Assembly (NCBI GenBank): GCA_009838915.1
Contig: VXQT01000032.1
Location: 11,016-75,015 of the forward strand
Origin: Chloroflexota bacterium
GTDB taxonomy: Bacteria > Chloroflexota > Dehalococcoidia > Bin125
Reading direction: 5' to 3'
Length of the DNA: 64,000 nucleotides
Each line of letters opens with the position of its first letter. The first letter of the stretch is position 1. The notes beneath the pieces are model-generated. The model saw nothing but the letters and a program-made list of their open reading frames with translations. It was not told the DNA's origin and did not search any database. The position numbers and the translations under genes were made by a program. Below are positions 54,068 to 62,900 of the stretch, in pieces.

Positions 54068-54232
54068 CGTCCAGGCAGGTCTCCTGGCTTGCGGAGGGAG
54101 GCTGCGCGGCGCTCTTCCCATCGACGCTCGGTCGACAGTGGACGCCGTTTCCCTTTCCGGCTCTTTCGAGCCCCGCTCACAGTGGCGCTACCGCGGCGGA
54201 TTCTCACCGCCTTCCCTATTCTCCCGGGACGG
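54068..54232 (-). promoter_or_regulatory. Cobalamin (B12) riboswitch
   Basis: The minus strand reads AGGGAAGGCGGTGAGAATCCGCCGCGGTAGCGCCACTGT ... GGGAAG ... AAGCCAGGAGACCTGCC. The B12 box is at 54074-54090 and GCCACTG is at 54180-54186. It lies directly 5' of the BtuCD-like/cob operon. Confidence 0.85.
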
Positions 54233-54297
54233 GCACCTGGACGATTACTGCTGAGCGAAGGCTACCACAGGCTGGCGCCGACGCCCGCTCCAGGCCG

Positions 54298-55008
54298 TCA
54301 GTCGATGCCCAGCACGCCATAGTGACCATCGAGGATCAGACGGACCGAGACGTACACGCCCACCATCGGAATCAGGATCCAGACCGCGTTGGGGCCGAGC
54401 AGGTATATGTAGAAGTCTCGTGCCGTGAGCAACCGTCGCTTCTGTCCGACGAAGAAACTGACCAGGTAGAGCGAGGACGCATAGACCCACTGCCAGAAGA
54501 GCATCGCCCCGACGATGCCGGCAGCCATCGCCGGTATCACCCCCCCGGTGTAGGCCGCGTACAGCATCAACGTCGGCGCGATCGTCACGAACCCGTTGCC
54601 GATATCGATGTTGAATCCGTATGTGTTCCGATCCGCGTAGGCCGAGTCGAACATCGAGTAGGTCGCCCAGACTTCGGCCCAGACCGTGGGCGAGAACGCG
54701 CGCCGCAATGGCACCCGGCCAGTCAGGAACACGAGGGCGGGCGTGCGGCCGCCGTCACGCTGCCACTCACTCCAGTGCTCCGCGCGTCGCTCGATCTGGT
54801 CGCGGCGGAGGTACAGGCAAATCTCCCAGTAGCAGATCAGCAGATTGATTGAGAAGAACAGGCTGAACAGGAAGTGGAAGGCGTCCAGTCCGTCATGCAA
54901 CGCGTAGCGGACGGCGATCCCGGGCAGCGCCAGGAGCACGATTGCGAGCACGCCGAGCAAACCCGCGGGCGCGCTCCATCTTCCCGGTTGCTCGCTGGCT
55001 TCGGTCAA
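54298..55008 (-). CDS. EBP/EXPERA-like 4-TM membrane protein, candidate sterol C8(9)->C7 isomerase
   Basis: 236 aa and about 4-5 TM. WATYSMFDSAYADRN resembles the EBP segment WKEYAKGDSRY, and YIYLLGPNAVWILIPMV resembles the EBP segment FVFMNALWLVLPGV (human EBP recalled from memory). Divergent from the sterol operon. Confidence 0.45.
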   Translation of the reverse strand: MTEASEQPGRWSAPAGLLGVLAIVLLALPGIAVRYALHDGLDAFHFLFSLFFSINLLICYWEICLYLRRDQIERRAEHWSEWQRDGGRTPALVFLTGRVPLRRAFSPTVWAEVWATYSMFDSAYADRNTYGFNIDIGNGFVTIAPTLMLYAAYTGGVIPAMAAGIVGAMLFWQWVYASSLYLVSFFVGQKRRLLTARDFYIYLLGPNAVWILIPMVGVYVSVRLILDGHYGVLGID

Positions 55009-55189
55009 TCTGCCCGACCTCCCTCAGGCCGAAACTCAACCCCGCGCTCGCTGCCAAGCAGGTGTGCAGGATAGCGCTGCGCCATTGGCGCTCGACGAAC
55101 ATCTGCGTCGTCTTGAAGCTCCCAAACGCACGCCCTATTGTCTGGTACATATTCCACGGCGACGACCGAGCGCCCTCTCCGGGAGCCGA

Positions 55190-56284
55190 ATGGCCTCAGA
55201 CGCACTAGCCAGCCCAACCGACACTGCCGAACCTCCGGTGCTGCTGACCGGAGCCGCCGGACATGTCGGCGCCAATCTCGTGCGCCGCTTGCTTGACGAC
55301 GGCGTCCGAGTTCGAGTGCTGCTCAGGCCGGAGGACAACAACGAGTCCGTGGAGGGACTGGACGTCGAGCGCGCCTATGGCGACATTCGTGACCTGGAAG
55401 CCACCAGGCAGGCGATCGCCGGTTGTCACCGCGTCTATCACACCGCCGCGCTCGTCTCGACCATCGACGGCGACGACGCCCATCGCCGCGACGTGTTCGA
55501 ATCGAACGTGATCGGCACCCGCAACGTGCTCCAGGCCGCACGGGAAATGGAAGCTGGACGCGTCGTGGTTACCGGCTCGTTCAGCGCTGTCGGATACGAC
55601 CTGGACGACTCCTCTATTCCGACGAGAGAAACGATGCCGTTCTATCCGATGGAACGCACGATGCCCTACGAGCGCAGCAAGGCGATGGTCGAAACCGAAT
55701 GCTGGCATGCAGCGGCGGGCGGACAGGACGTGCTAATCGCCACGTCGTGCGCGGTTGTCGGCGGCAACGATTTCTTTCCGTCCAGAATGGGGAGAACGCT
55801 GTGCGACTTCGCCAATCGCAAGCTCCATGCCTATGTCGACGGCGGGTTCGAGTTCGTCGCGGCGCATGACATCGCAGAGGGCCACGTGCTCTGCATGGAG
55901 CGCGGAAGGTCAGGGCAGAAGTACATCTTCAGCTCCGAGTATCAGACGATTTCCGACATGCTGGATCACTTCCAGGCGGTCACAGGTGTCAAGCGTCCGC
56001 GTCGACAGATACCGCTCGGACTGATGCTCCCGTTCGCCGAGCTGTCGAGCCGCATGCTCAGCCGCTTCTGGCCGAGTTATCCGCAGCGCTTCACCCCCGG
56101 CGCGATCCGTCTGTTGCAGCAATGTCGACACGCCGACACGAGCAAGGCGAAAGAGGAACTCGGGTTCCAGCCGACCACGATTCGCAGCGCAGTCCAGGAT
56201 GCCTACGCGTTTCACTATCGGCGCGAGGCGATCACCAATCCGAACGCCATGCGCCCGGAAGCGCTGACTGCGGGAAGCGAATAG
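55190..56284 (+). CDS. Extended SDR, 3-beta-HSD/NAD-dependent epimerase family (SdmB-like candidate sterol C-4 decarboxylating dehydrogenase)
   Basis: LLTGAAGHVGANLV Rossmann motif and catalytic YERSK (YxxxK). First gene of the sterol operon. Start taken at MASDAL (ATG 55190). Confidence 0.6.
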   Translation: MASDALASPTDTAEPPVLLTGAAGHVGANLVRRLLDDGVRVRVLLRPEDNNESVEGLDVERAYGDIRDLEATRQAIAGCHRVYHTAALVSTIDGDDAHRRDVFESNVIGTRNVLQAAREMEAGRVVVTGSFSAVGYDLDDSSIPTRETMPFYPMERTMPYERSKAMVETECWHAAAGGQDVLIATSCAVVGGNDFFPSRMGRTLCDFANRKLHAYVDGGFEFVAAHDIAEGHVLCMERGRSGQKYIFSSEYQTISDMLDHFQAVTGVKRPRRQIPLGLMLPFAELSSRMLSRFWPSYPQRFTPGAIRLLQQCRHADTSKAKEELGFQPTTIRSAVQDAYAFHYRREAITNPNAMRPEALTAGSE

Positions 56285-56339
56285 CTATGCCGTCTCGCAT
56301 GGGTCCGGTTGCTTCCGCCGAAACGGATAAGCTCGCAGT

Positions 56340-57449
56340 ATGAGCATCGAGACGCAGCCCCGCACGGACGGTCCACCGACGGCGGAAGACGCCGCCAATC
56401 TGCGCCAGCAAGCACGGGCGGTGGGGATGAACCCCGACTATTGGTACGCCGTCGAGGAAGTGCGCAACGTCAAGCCGGGCTCGGTGACAGAAGTCGTCTT
56501 CTGGAAACAGTCGATCGCCCTCTTCCGCTCCGAGGACGGGTCGTTTCACGCGATGGAGAATCGCTGCCTGCATCGCCAGGTCAAACTCTCGCTCGGCGAA
56601 GTTGAGGGCTGCAGGCTCGTCTGCGGCTACCACGGCTGGGGATACGACGAGGAAGGGCACGTTGTCGACATTCCGGACCTGTTCGGACGCACCAAGGTCC
56701 CGAGGCTCTCGGTGCGTTCGTATCCCGTACAGGTTCGTTACGGGTTGGTCTGGATCTTTCCCGGCGATCCGGCGCTGGCCGAGGAACGGCGGATTCCCGA
56801 GATTCCCGAACTCGAGGGCCCCGGACGCTGGGCTTGCGTGCCACTCAGGTTCGATCTCACCGCCCATCACTCGATCATCATCGACAACGTCAGCGACTTT
56901 TCCCACGCCTACCTGCACCGACAGTATCGACCGTTCGACGGCGCCACGCTGACCCGCCATGAGACGATCGGCGACAACGTGCACCTCGCCTACGAGACGC
57001 GCGTGGGCCGCGGACGCATCTCCGGCAAGTTCGTCGATCACGGCCGCCTCAACACCAATCACATGGAACTCTGTTACGAGTATCCCTATCAGCGCTCCAA
57101 CACCGACGACGAGATCAAGCACTGGCTCTTCGTGCTGCCGATCGACGAACGCACCACGCGGACGTTCTTCCTCTTCTACTTCCAGTCGCTCAAAATTCCG
57201 CTGTTACCGGTCCGCATTCCCCGCTGGGCAATGACCACAGTGTTGCGCCTGGCGAACCGGATGCTGATCGGGCCGCTGCTCTCACAGGACCGCTGGGCGG
57301 TGGAGGCGGAGCAGGCCGGCTATGAGCACAACTGGGACGCTCCGCCGATCGAGGTCAACCCGGTCGTGCGCTCATTCCAACAGGTGACGGTGCGCAAGTG
57401 GCGCGAACACCTGGAGCGCGAGGCGGCCGTGAACGCGAACGATGCCTGA
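56340..57449 (+). CDS. Rieske [2Fe-2S] non-heme iron oxygenase (SdmA-like candidate sterol C-4 methyl oxidase)
   Basis: Rieske ligands CLH (56565-56573) and CGYH (56622-56633). The catalytic domain has DNVSDFSHAYLH. Sits between the SDR and sterol reductase genes. Confidence 0.6.
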   Translation: MSIETQPRTDGPPTAEDAANLRQQARAVGMNPDYWYAVEEVRNVKPGSVTEVVFWKQSIALFRSEDGSFHAMENRCLHRQVKLSLGEVEGCRLVCGYHGWGYDEEGHVVDIPDLFGRTKVPRLSVRSYPVQVRYGLVWIFPGDPALAEERRIPEIPELEGPGRWACVPLRFDLTAHHSIIIDNVSDFSHAYLHRQYRPFDGATLTRHETIGDNVHLAYETRVGRGRISGKFVDHGRLNTNHMELCYEYPYQRSNTDDEIKHWLFVLPIDERTTRTFFLFYFQSLKIPLLPVRIPRWAMTTVLRLANRMLIGPLLSQDRWAVEAEQAGYEHNWDAPPIEVNPVVRSFQQVTVRKWREHLEREAAVNANDA

Positions 57450-58539
57450 CATCCCCTCGGCCTGGACGTCGGTGTCCGGCCAGCATGTGCTCGAAGCTGC
57501 GGCGCTCTTCGCTGGGTTCGTCGCCATCTTGCTGTTGGGCTCGAAGGTGCTGCCGGGACGCAAGCAGGATGGACGGCCGGACCCCGAAGGCGTCACACGC
57601 ACCTACCATCTCAACGGTCTCACGCTGTTCCTGGTCGTCATGCTGGTTGCGGTGCTGGGCGAAGTGTTCAATCTGTTCTCGCTCTCGATCTTGCACAGCC
57701 ACTTCGCCGAGCTGTTCATCGTCGCCAACGTTTTCGCCTGTGCGATGTCGCTGGGACTGTACTGGCAAGCGTCGCGCACCGAAGAGCAGTCACCCGGATT
57801 GCTGCGAGGCATCTTCTTCGGCCGACAGCTCAATCCGACCTGGTTCGGAGTCGATCTGAAACTGTTCAGCTATCGACCGTCCTTGATCGGCCTGGCCCTG
57901 TTCAACGTCTCATTCGCTGTCGTTCAGTGGGACGCGAACGGCGGGCTCTCGTTACAGATGATTCTCTACCAGGCCTTCACCCTGCTGTACGTATTCAACT
58001 ACTTCCAGTTTGAGTATGGAATGATCTACACGTGGGACATTGTCGCCGAGCGGTTCGGCTGGATGCTGGCCTGGGGCGATTATGTGCTGGTGCCGTTCTT
58101 TTACTGTCTCGGCGGCTGGTGGGTGCTTGAGGCAACGGGCTCATTGCACAGCGTCGCGGCGGCGGCGATCTGCGTACTGTTCGTTGTGGGATTCACGATG
58201 TTTCGCGGCGCAAACGAACAGAAGCATCGATTCAAGCAGGACGCCGAGGCATCGATCTGGGGACGGCCGGCCGAATCGCTCGAAGGACGCCTATTGGTAT
58301 CCGGGTTCTGGGGCCTAGGCCGACATCTGAACTACACCGGTGAGATCTGCGTGTACTTTGCCTGGGCCCTGACCACCAGCTTCGCCTCGTGGATACCGTT
58401 CGCCTTGCCCGTGTGGCTGACAGCGCTTCTCTGGCATCGATCGCGGCGCGATGACCGACGCTGCCGCCTCAAGTACGGCGAGTTGTGGCAGCGCTACACG
58501 CAGCGGGTGCCCCACGCCTTGATTCCGCGCGTCTACTAG
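57442..58539 (+). CDS. ERG4/ERG24-family sterol reductase (probable sterol C-14 reductase)
   Basis: Polytopic. GANEQKHRFK, GLGRHLNYTGEI and LWHRSRRDDRRCRLKYGELWQRY are hallmark motifs of eukaryote-type sterol reductases. 8-nt overlap with the upstream gene. Confidence 0.8.
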   Translation: MPDIPSAWTSVSGQHVLEAAALFAGFVAILLLGSKVLPGRKQDGRPDPEGVTRTYHLNGLTLFLVVMLVAVLGEVFNLFSLSILHSHFAELFIVANVFACAMSLGLYWQASRTEEQSPGLLRGIFFGRQLNPTWFGVDLKLFSYRPSLIGLALFNVSFAVVQWDANGGLSLQMILYQAFTLLYVFNYFQFEYGMIYTWDIVAERFGWMLAWGDYVLVPFFYCLGGWWVLEATGSLHSVAAAAICVLFVVGFTMFRGANEQKHRFKQDAEASIWGRPAESLEGRLLVSGFWGLGRHLNYTGEICVYFAWALTTSFASWIPFALPVWLTALLWHRSRRDDRRCRLKYGELWQRYTQRVPHALIPRVY

Positions 58540-58544
58540 ACTCG

Positions 58545-59960
58545 ATGCCTGAGGATCTTCCGAGGACTGCGATGGTTCAACTGCGCGATGCTCCCACGGC
58601 GACACCGGAAGCCCGACCGATCCCGGTGCTCGGTGGCGGCGCGCCCCTGCTTGGCCACCTCTGGGAGTTCCAGCGAGATCCCGTAGCGATGCTCGAGCGT
58701 GGACGCCGCGAGTTGGGCGATCTGTACCAGTTCAGCCTCGGACCGCGAAAGTTCGCGCTCTTTTCCGGACCCGACGCGCACGACGCCTTCTTCAGCGCGC
58801 CCGAAGATCAACTGAATGCCAAGGCGGTCTACCAGTTCACGGTCCCTATCTTCGGCCGCGGCGTCGCCTACGACGTGGCGCCGCAGATTATGGACGAACA
58901 GCTGGGATTCCTGTATCCGGCGCTGCGCGAAGCCGCGATGCAGCAGTTCGCCCGGATCATGTTCGAGGAGACCTCGCTGCTCGCCGACTCGATGGGCGAC
59001 TCGGGCGTGATCGACCTGCCCGAGACGATGAATCGGCTCACGGTCAACATCGCCAGCCGCAGCCTGATCGGACAGGAAGTCCGCGACCAGGTCGACGCCG
59101 GTTTCGCCGACGCGTATCACGATCTGCAGAAGGGCATCAACACGCTGGGGTTCTTTCTGCCTCGGTTGCCCACGCCGGCGCACCGCAGCCGCGACCGCGC
59201 GCGCCGGCGGGTGGCCGACCTCTTCGGCCGGATTATGAGCGCGCGGCGACGCGCGGAGCATCGTCCCGACGATTTCATGCAGTCGCTCATGGAGGCCGCC
59301 TACAGCGACGGCCGTTCCCTGAGCGACGATGAGATCACCGGCATTCTGCTGACGGTCCTGTTCGCCGGCCAGCACACAAGCGCCGTGCTCGCTACCTGGA
59401 CGGGCCTGGAGCTGCTTAGGGCGTCCTCCTACTCGGACCGGGTCAGGGACGAGACGCGCGACATCTACGGCGGTTCGGGCGAAATGAACCTTGAAGGCCT
59501 GAAGCAGCAGGTGACCACGGAACATGCCGTGCGCGAGTGCGAGCGACTGCATCCCCCGTTGATCATCCTGATCCGCAAGGTGCTCAGGACGATGCGCTAC
59601 GGCGATTACACAGTGCCGGCTGGCGCAATGGCCATGGTCTCGCCGGCGGTCTCCCATCGGCTGCCGCACCTGTTCGATGAGCCCGACCGCTTCAATCCCG
59701 ACCGCTTCGCTCCGCCGGCCCGCGAGGACAAGCAGCATCCCTACGCCTTGATCGGATTCGGCGGAGGCAAGCACCGCTGCATGGGTAAGCACTTCGCCGA
59801 GATGCAGGTCAAAGCGATCTGGACCGTGCTGCTGGATCGCTTCGAGTTCAGTCTCGACACCGAGTTTCCCTCGCCCAACTACGGCAGTTGGGTGACGGGT
59901 CCGGTCACCCCCTGCCGGCTCCGCTATCGGCGCCGCTCGCAGGGAAGCGTGTTCCGGTGA
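58545..59960 (+). CDS. cyp51: Cytochrome P450, CYP51-type sterol 14-alpha-demethylase
   Basis: Heme loop FGGGKHRCMG (59757-59786) and I-helix FAGQHTS. The N-terminal GHLWEFQRDPVAMLERGRRELGDLYQF...YQFTVPIFGRGVAYD parallels M. tuberculosis CYP51 as I recall it. Start at ATG 58545, with 58572 as an alternative. Confidence 0.8.
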   Translation: MPEDLPRTAMVQLRDAPTATPEARPIPVLGGGAPLLGHLWEFQRDPVAMLERGRRELGDLYQFSLGPRKFALFSGPDAHDAFFSAPEDQLNAKAVYQFTVPIFGRGVAYDVAPQIMDEQLGFLYPALREAAMQQFARIMFEETSLLADSMGDSGVIDLPETMNRLTVNIASRSLIGQEVRDQVDAGFADAYHDLQKGINTLGFFLPRLPTPAHRSRDRARRRVADLFGRIMSARRRAEHRPDDFMQSLMEAAYSDGRSLSDDEITGILLTVLFAGQHTSAVLATWTGLELLRASSYSDRVRDETRDIYGGSGEMNLEGLKQQVTTEHAVRECERLHPPLIILIRKVLRTMRYGDYTVPAGAMAMVSPAVSHRLPHLFDEPDRFNPDRFAPPAREDKQHPYALIGFGGGKHRCMGKHFAEMQVKAIWTVLLDRFEFSLDTEFPSPNYGSWVTGPVTPCRLRYRRRSQGSVFR

Positions 59961-62900
59961 CGGATGGCGATATCGGCCGTTATGACGTAGCGATCGTCGG
60001 CGCCGGGCCGGTCGGCAGCGTCTGCGCGATTGCTCACGCGCGCAAGGGCTACCGGGTCGCGCTGTTCGAGGCCAATCCGGCGGCGTCCAAGCGGCTGGCC
60101 GGCGAGTGGCTGCATCCTCCCGCCGTGCGGGTCCTGAGTGAACTCGGCATCTCCGTCGAGGGCGAGGTGCCAAGCACCTCGGGCGAAGGCTTCGCCGTGT
60201 TTCCCGAGGACGGCCGGGAGCCGATCGTCCTCCCATATGCCGACGGATCGCGCAGCCTGGTCTGCGAACACGCTGCCCTTGTCTCGCACCTGCGCCAGGT
60301 CGCCGGCAACGAGCCGGGCGTCGATCTGCGAGTCCACGCTCGCGTGCGCAGCGTCGAGGACGGGCGGATCACGTTCATGCAGGATGGCGTGGAACACACC
60401 GCTCTCGCTGAGCGCATCGTCGGTGCGGACGGGCGGTCGTCCGTCGTCCGACGATCCCTGGGGCTGAGCACGCAAACAAGAACCTGTTCGCGGATGATCG
60501 GGCTGACGCTCAAGGAGGTGGACTTGCCCCTGGAGGGCTACGGCCACGTCCTCAGCGGCGCGCCCGGTCCAATGCTGATCTACCGGCTGAACGAAGACAG
60601 TATCCGTGCGGTCATCGATATCCCACTTGACCTCTCGCCCCACGAGTGGAAGCGCCTGCTCTCCGACTCGTACGCACGTTGGGTTCCGGAGCCGCTGCGC
60701 CCCGCATTCCTCGATGCATGTACGGACGAGCGATTTGACGCCGCCGCCAATGTCGTCAGCCCGCGACTCACGTACGGAACCTCCCGCCGCGTGCTGATCG
60801 GCGACGCGGCGGGACACTACCACCCGCTGACCGCGACCGGGATGACACTGGGCTTCGGCGACGCGTTCGAACTGGCGGAGGGCGAGGAGTTCAGCGACTT
60901 CCGAAACCACCGATTCGAAGCCACGCGTGTGCCCGAGCTTCTGGCAATGGGCATCTACGAGGCCTTTGCCGATCAGCGGGTCGAAGGGACCGCCCTGCGC
61001 CAGGCAATGTACAGCCGATGGCGAGCCAGTTCCGGTGTGCGGGGCCGCACCATGCGGCTGCTCGGTTGTGAAGACACGAGGATTCGCAGCTTGAGTCGCG
61101 AGTTCTCGACGACGGTGCTCTGGGCGCTCCGGGCGAGACTGCCAAAGTCGTTCAGTCCCAACGCCTGGCGCGAGTATCGCGATGTCGCTCGGGGATTGAG
61201 CAATCGCCTGGCCTGGCTGCTGCGGGCCGCATGGCACCTCTACAGCGTCAGACGCGCAGGCGGGACCGGAACCGAACGCCCCACCGAGGCGCTCGCCCGC
61301 GCCTTCTTGACCTCAATGCCTTCAGGATCGCCGGCCCCGGATCGCACCGAGCAGCCTGGCGAGATCGAAGTAGACGCGCCCGATGCGAGCTTGGCCGTCC
61401 AGCGCGCCGTCGAGCGGCTGCTCAACCTCCAGACGGAGGACGGCGGCTGGGAAGGCGAGATGGTCTGGTGCCCGATGATCACGGCCCAATGGGTGCTGCT
61501 CCAGCACATCCTTGGTCGCCCGATCGACCCCGACCGTCGGCGCCGCCTGCTGCGCTACTTCGAGCAGTCGCGACTGGCCGATGGCCAATGGGGTCTGCAC
61601 GATCACTCCGCTCCGCACCTGTTCGTCACAACCCTGGTCTATGTCGCCGTCCGGGTGTTGGGCATCGAGCGGGACGATCCGTTGATTGCACCGGCGCTCC
61701 GCTTCATCCAGGCGGAAGGCGCGCTGGGCATCCCGAGCTGGGGCAAGTTCTGGCTGGCGCTGCTCAATCTCTACGACTGGGACGGACTCCACCCGGTACT
61801 GCCCGAGCTGTGGAGCTTGCCCCGCCGACTGCCGCTGCATCCCTCCAAGTGGTACTGCCACACGCGACTGATCTACATGGCCATGGCCGCGATCTTTGCA
61901 CGTCGATTCCAGGCGGCCGTGACGCCGTTGATCGGTTCCCTGCGCGAGGAGCTGTACCCCCAGGGCTACGAGACCGTCGACTTTCCTGCCGCCCGCAGCC
62001 GACTGCGCACGGCCGACCTGTTCGCCGCGCCGACGGTCTGGCTGCGAACTCTGTATCGCGGCGCGCAGCTTGTCCAGCGATTCCACCTCCCCCGCCTGCG
62101 CGAGCGGTCGGTCGACGCAATGGTTGAACAGATCAAATGGGAGTTGAACACCACCGACCACACCAGCATCTCGCCGGTCAGCGGACTGCTCAACATCCTC
62201 GCGCTGTGGTTGCACGATCCCGAGGATCCCGATGCGCAATGCGCCCTGGAGCAGGCCGAGCTCTGGTTCTGGGAAGACGAACAGCGCGGCGCGCGCCTGA
62301 CCGGCGCAAAGAGCGCCTCATGGGACAGCGGATTCGCGCTCCAGGCGCTCGCGACCGCAACCCACATCGAGGGCGTCCCCGACGCGCTTGAACGCGGACG
62401 CGAGTACCTGGGCCGCCAACAGATTGTCGCCAGTTTCCCCGGCTACCGCGAGGCCTATCGCAACGATCCGCAAGGCGGCTGGTGTTTCGCCGAGCGATGG
62501 CATGGCTGGCCCGTATCCGACTGCACGGCCGAAGCCGTGCTCGGCATCGTCGCCGCCGATCGCGCGTCGGGCGCAGATCCGGCCGGCACGGACGCGCTGC
62601 GCGACGGGGTGCGCTTCATGCTGCGCGCGCAGAATCGCGACGGCGGCTTCGGCAGCTACGAGGCGCAGCGCTCACGCTTCGATCTCGAACGCATCAATCC
62701 CGCCGAGATGTTCGGCGAGTCGATGACCGAACACTCGTACGTCGAGTGCGCCGCCTCGTGCATGGCGGCGATCGCCGCGTGGCGCAGGGCGGCGACTGCC
62801 GCCGGCCGCGAGCACGCGCCGAACGCCGTCGACGCGGATGCCGAGCGCGCCCTCGAGCGCGCCGACGCCTGGTTGCGCCGCACTCAAGGTGACGACGGCT

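Noticed and set aside
58536-60236. 566-aa minus-strand ORF antisense to cyp51 and the start of the SQMO-OSC gene
   Set aside because: It is Arg/Ala/Gly/Pro-rich shadow-ORF sequence, and the plus strand carries an unambiguous P450 heme loop and FAD fold. The same reasoning applies to 59924-61237 (-) and 61322-62239 (-).
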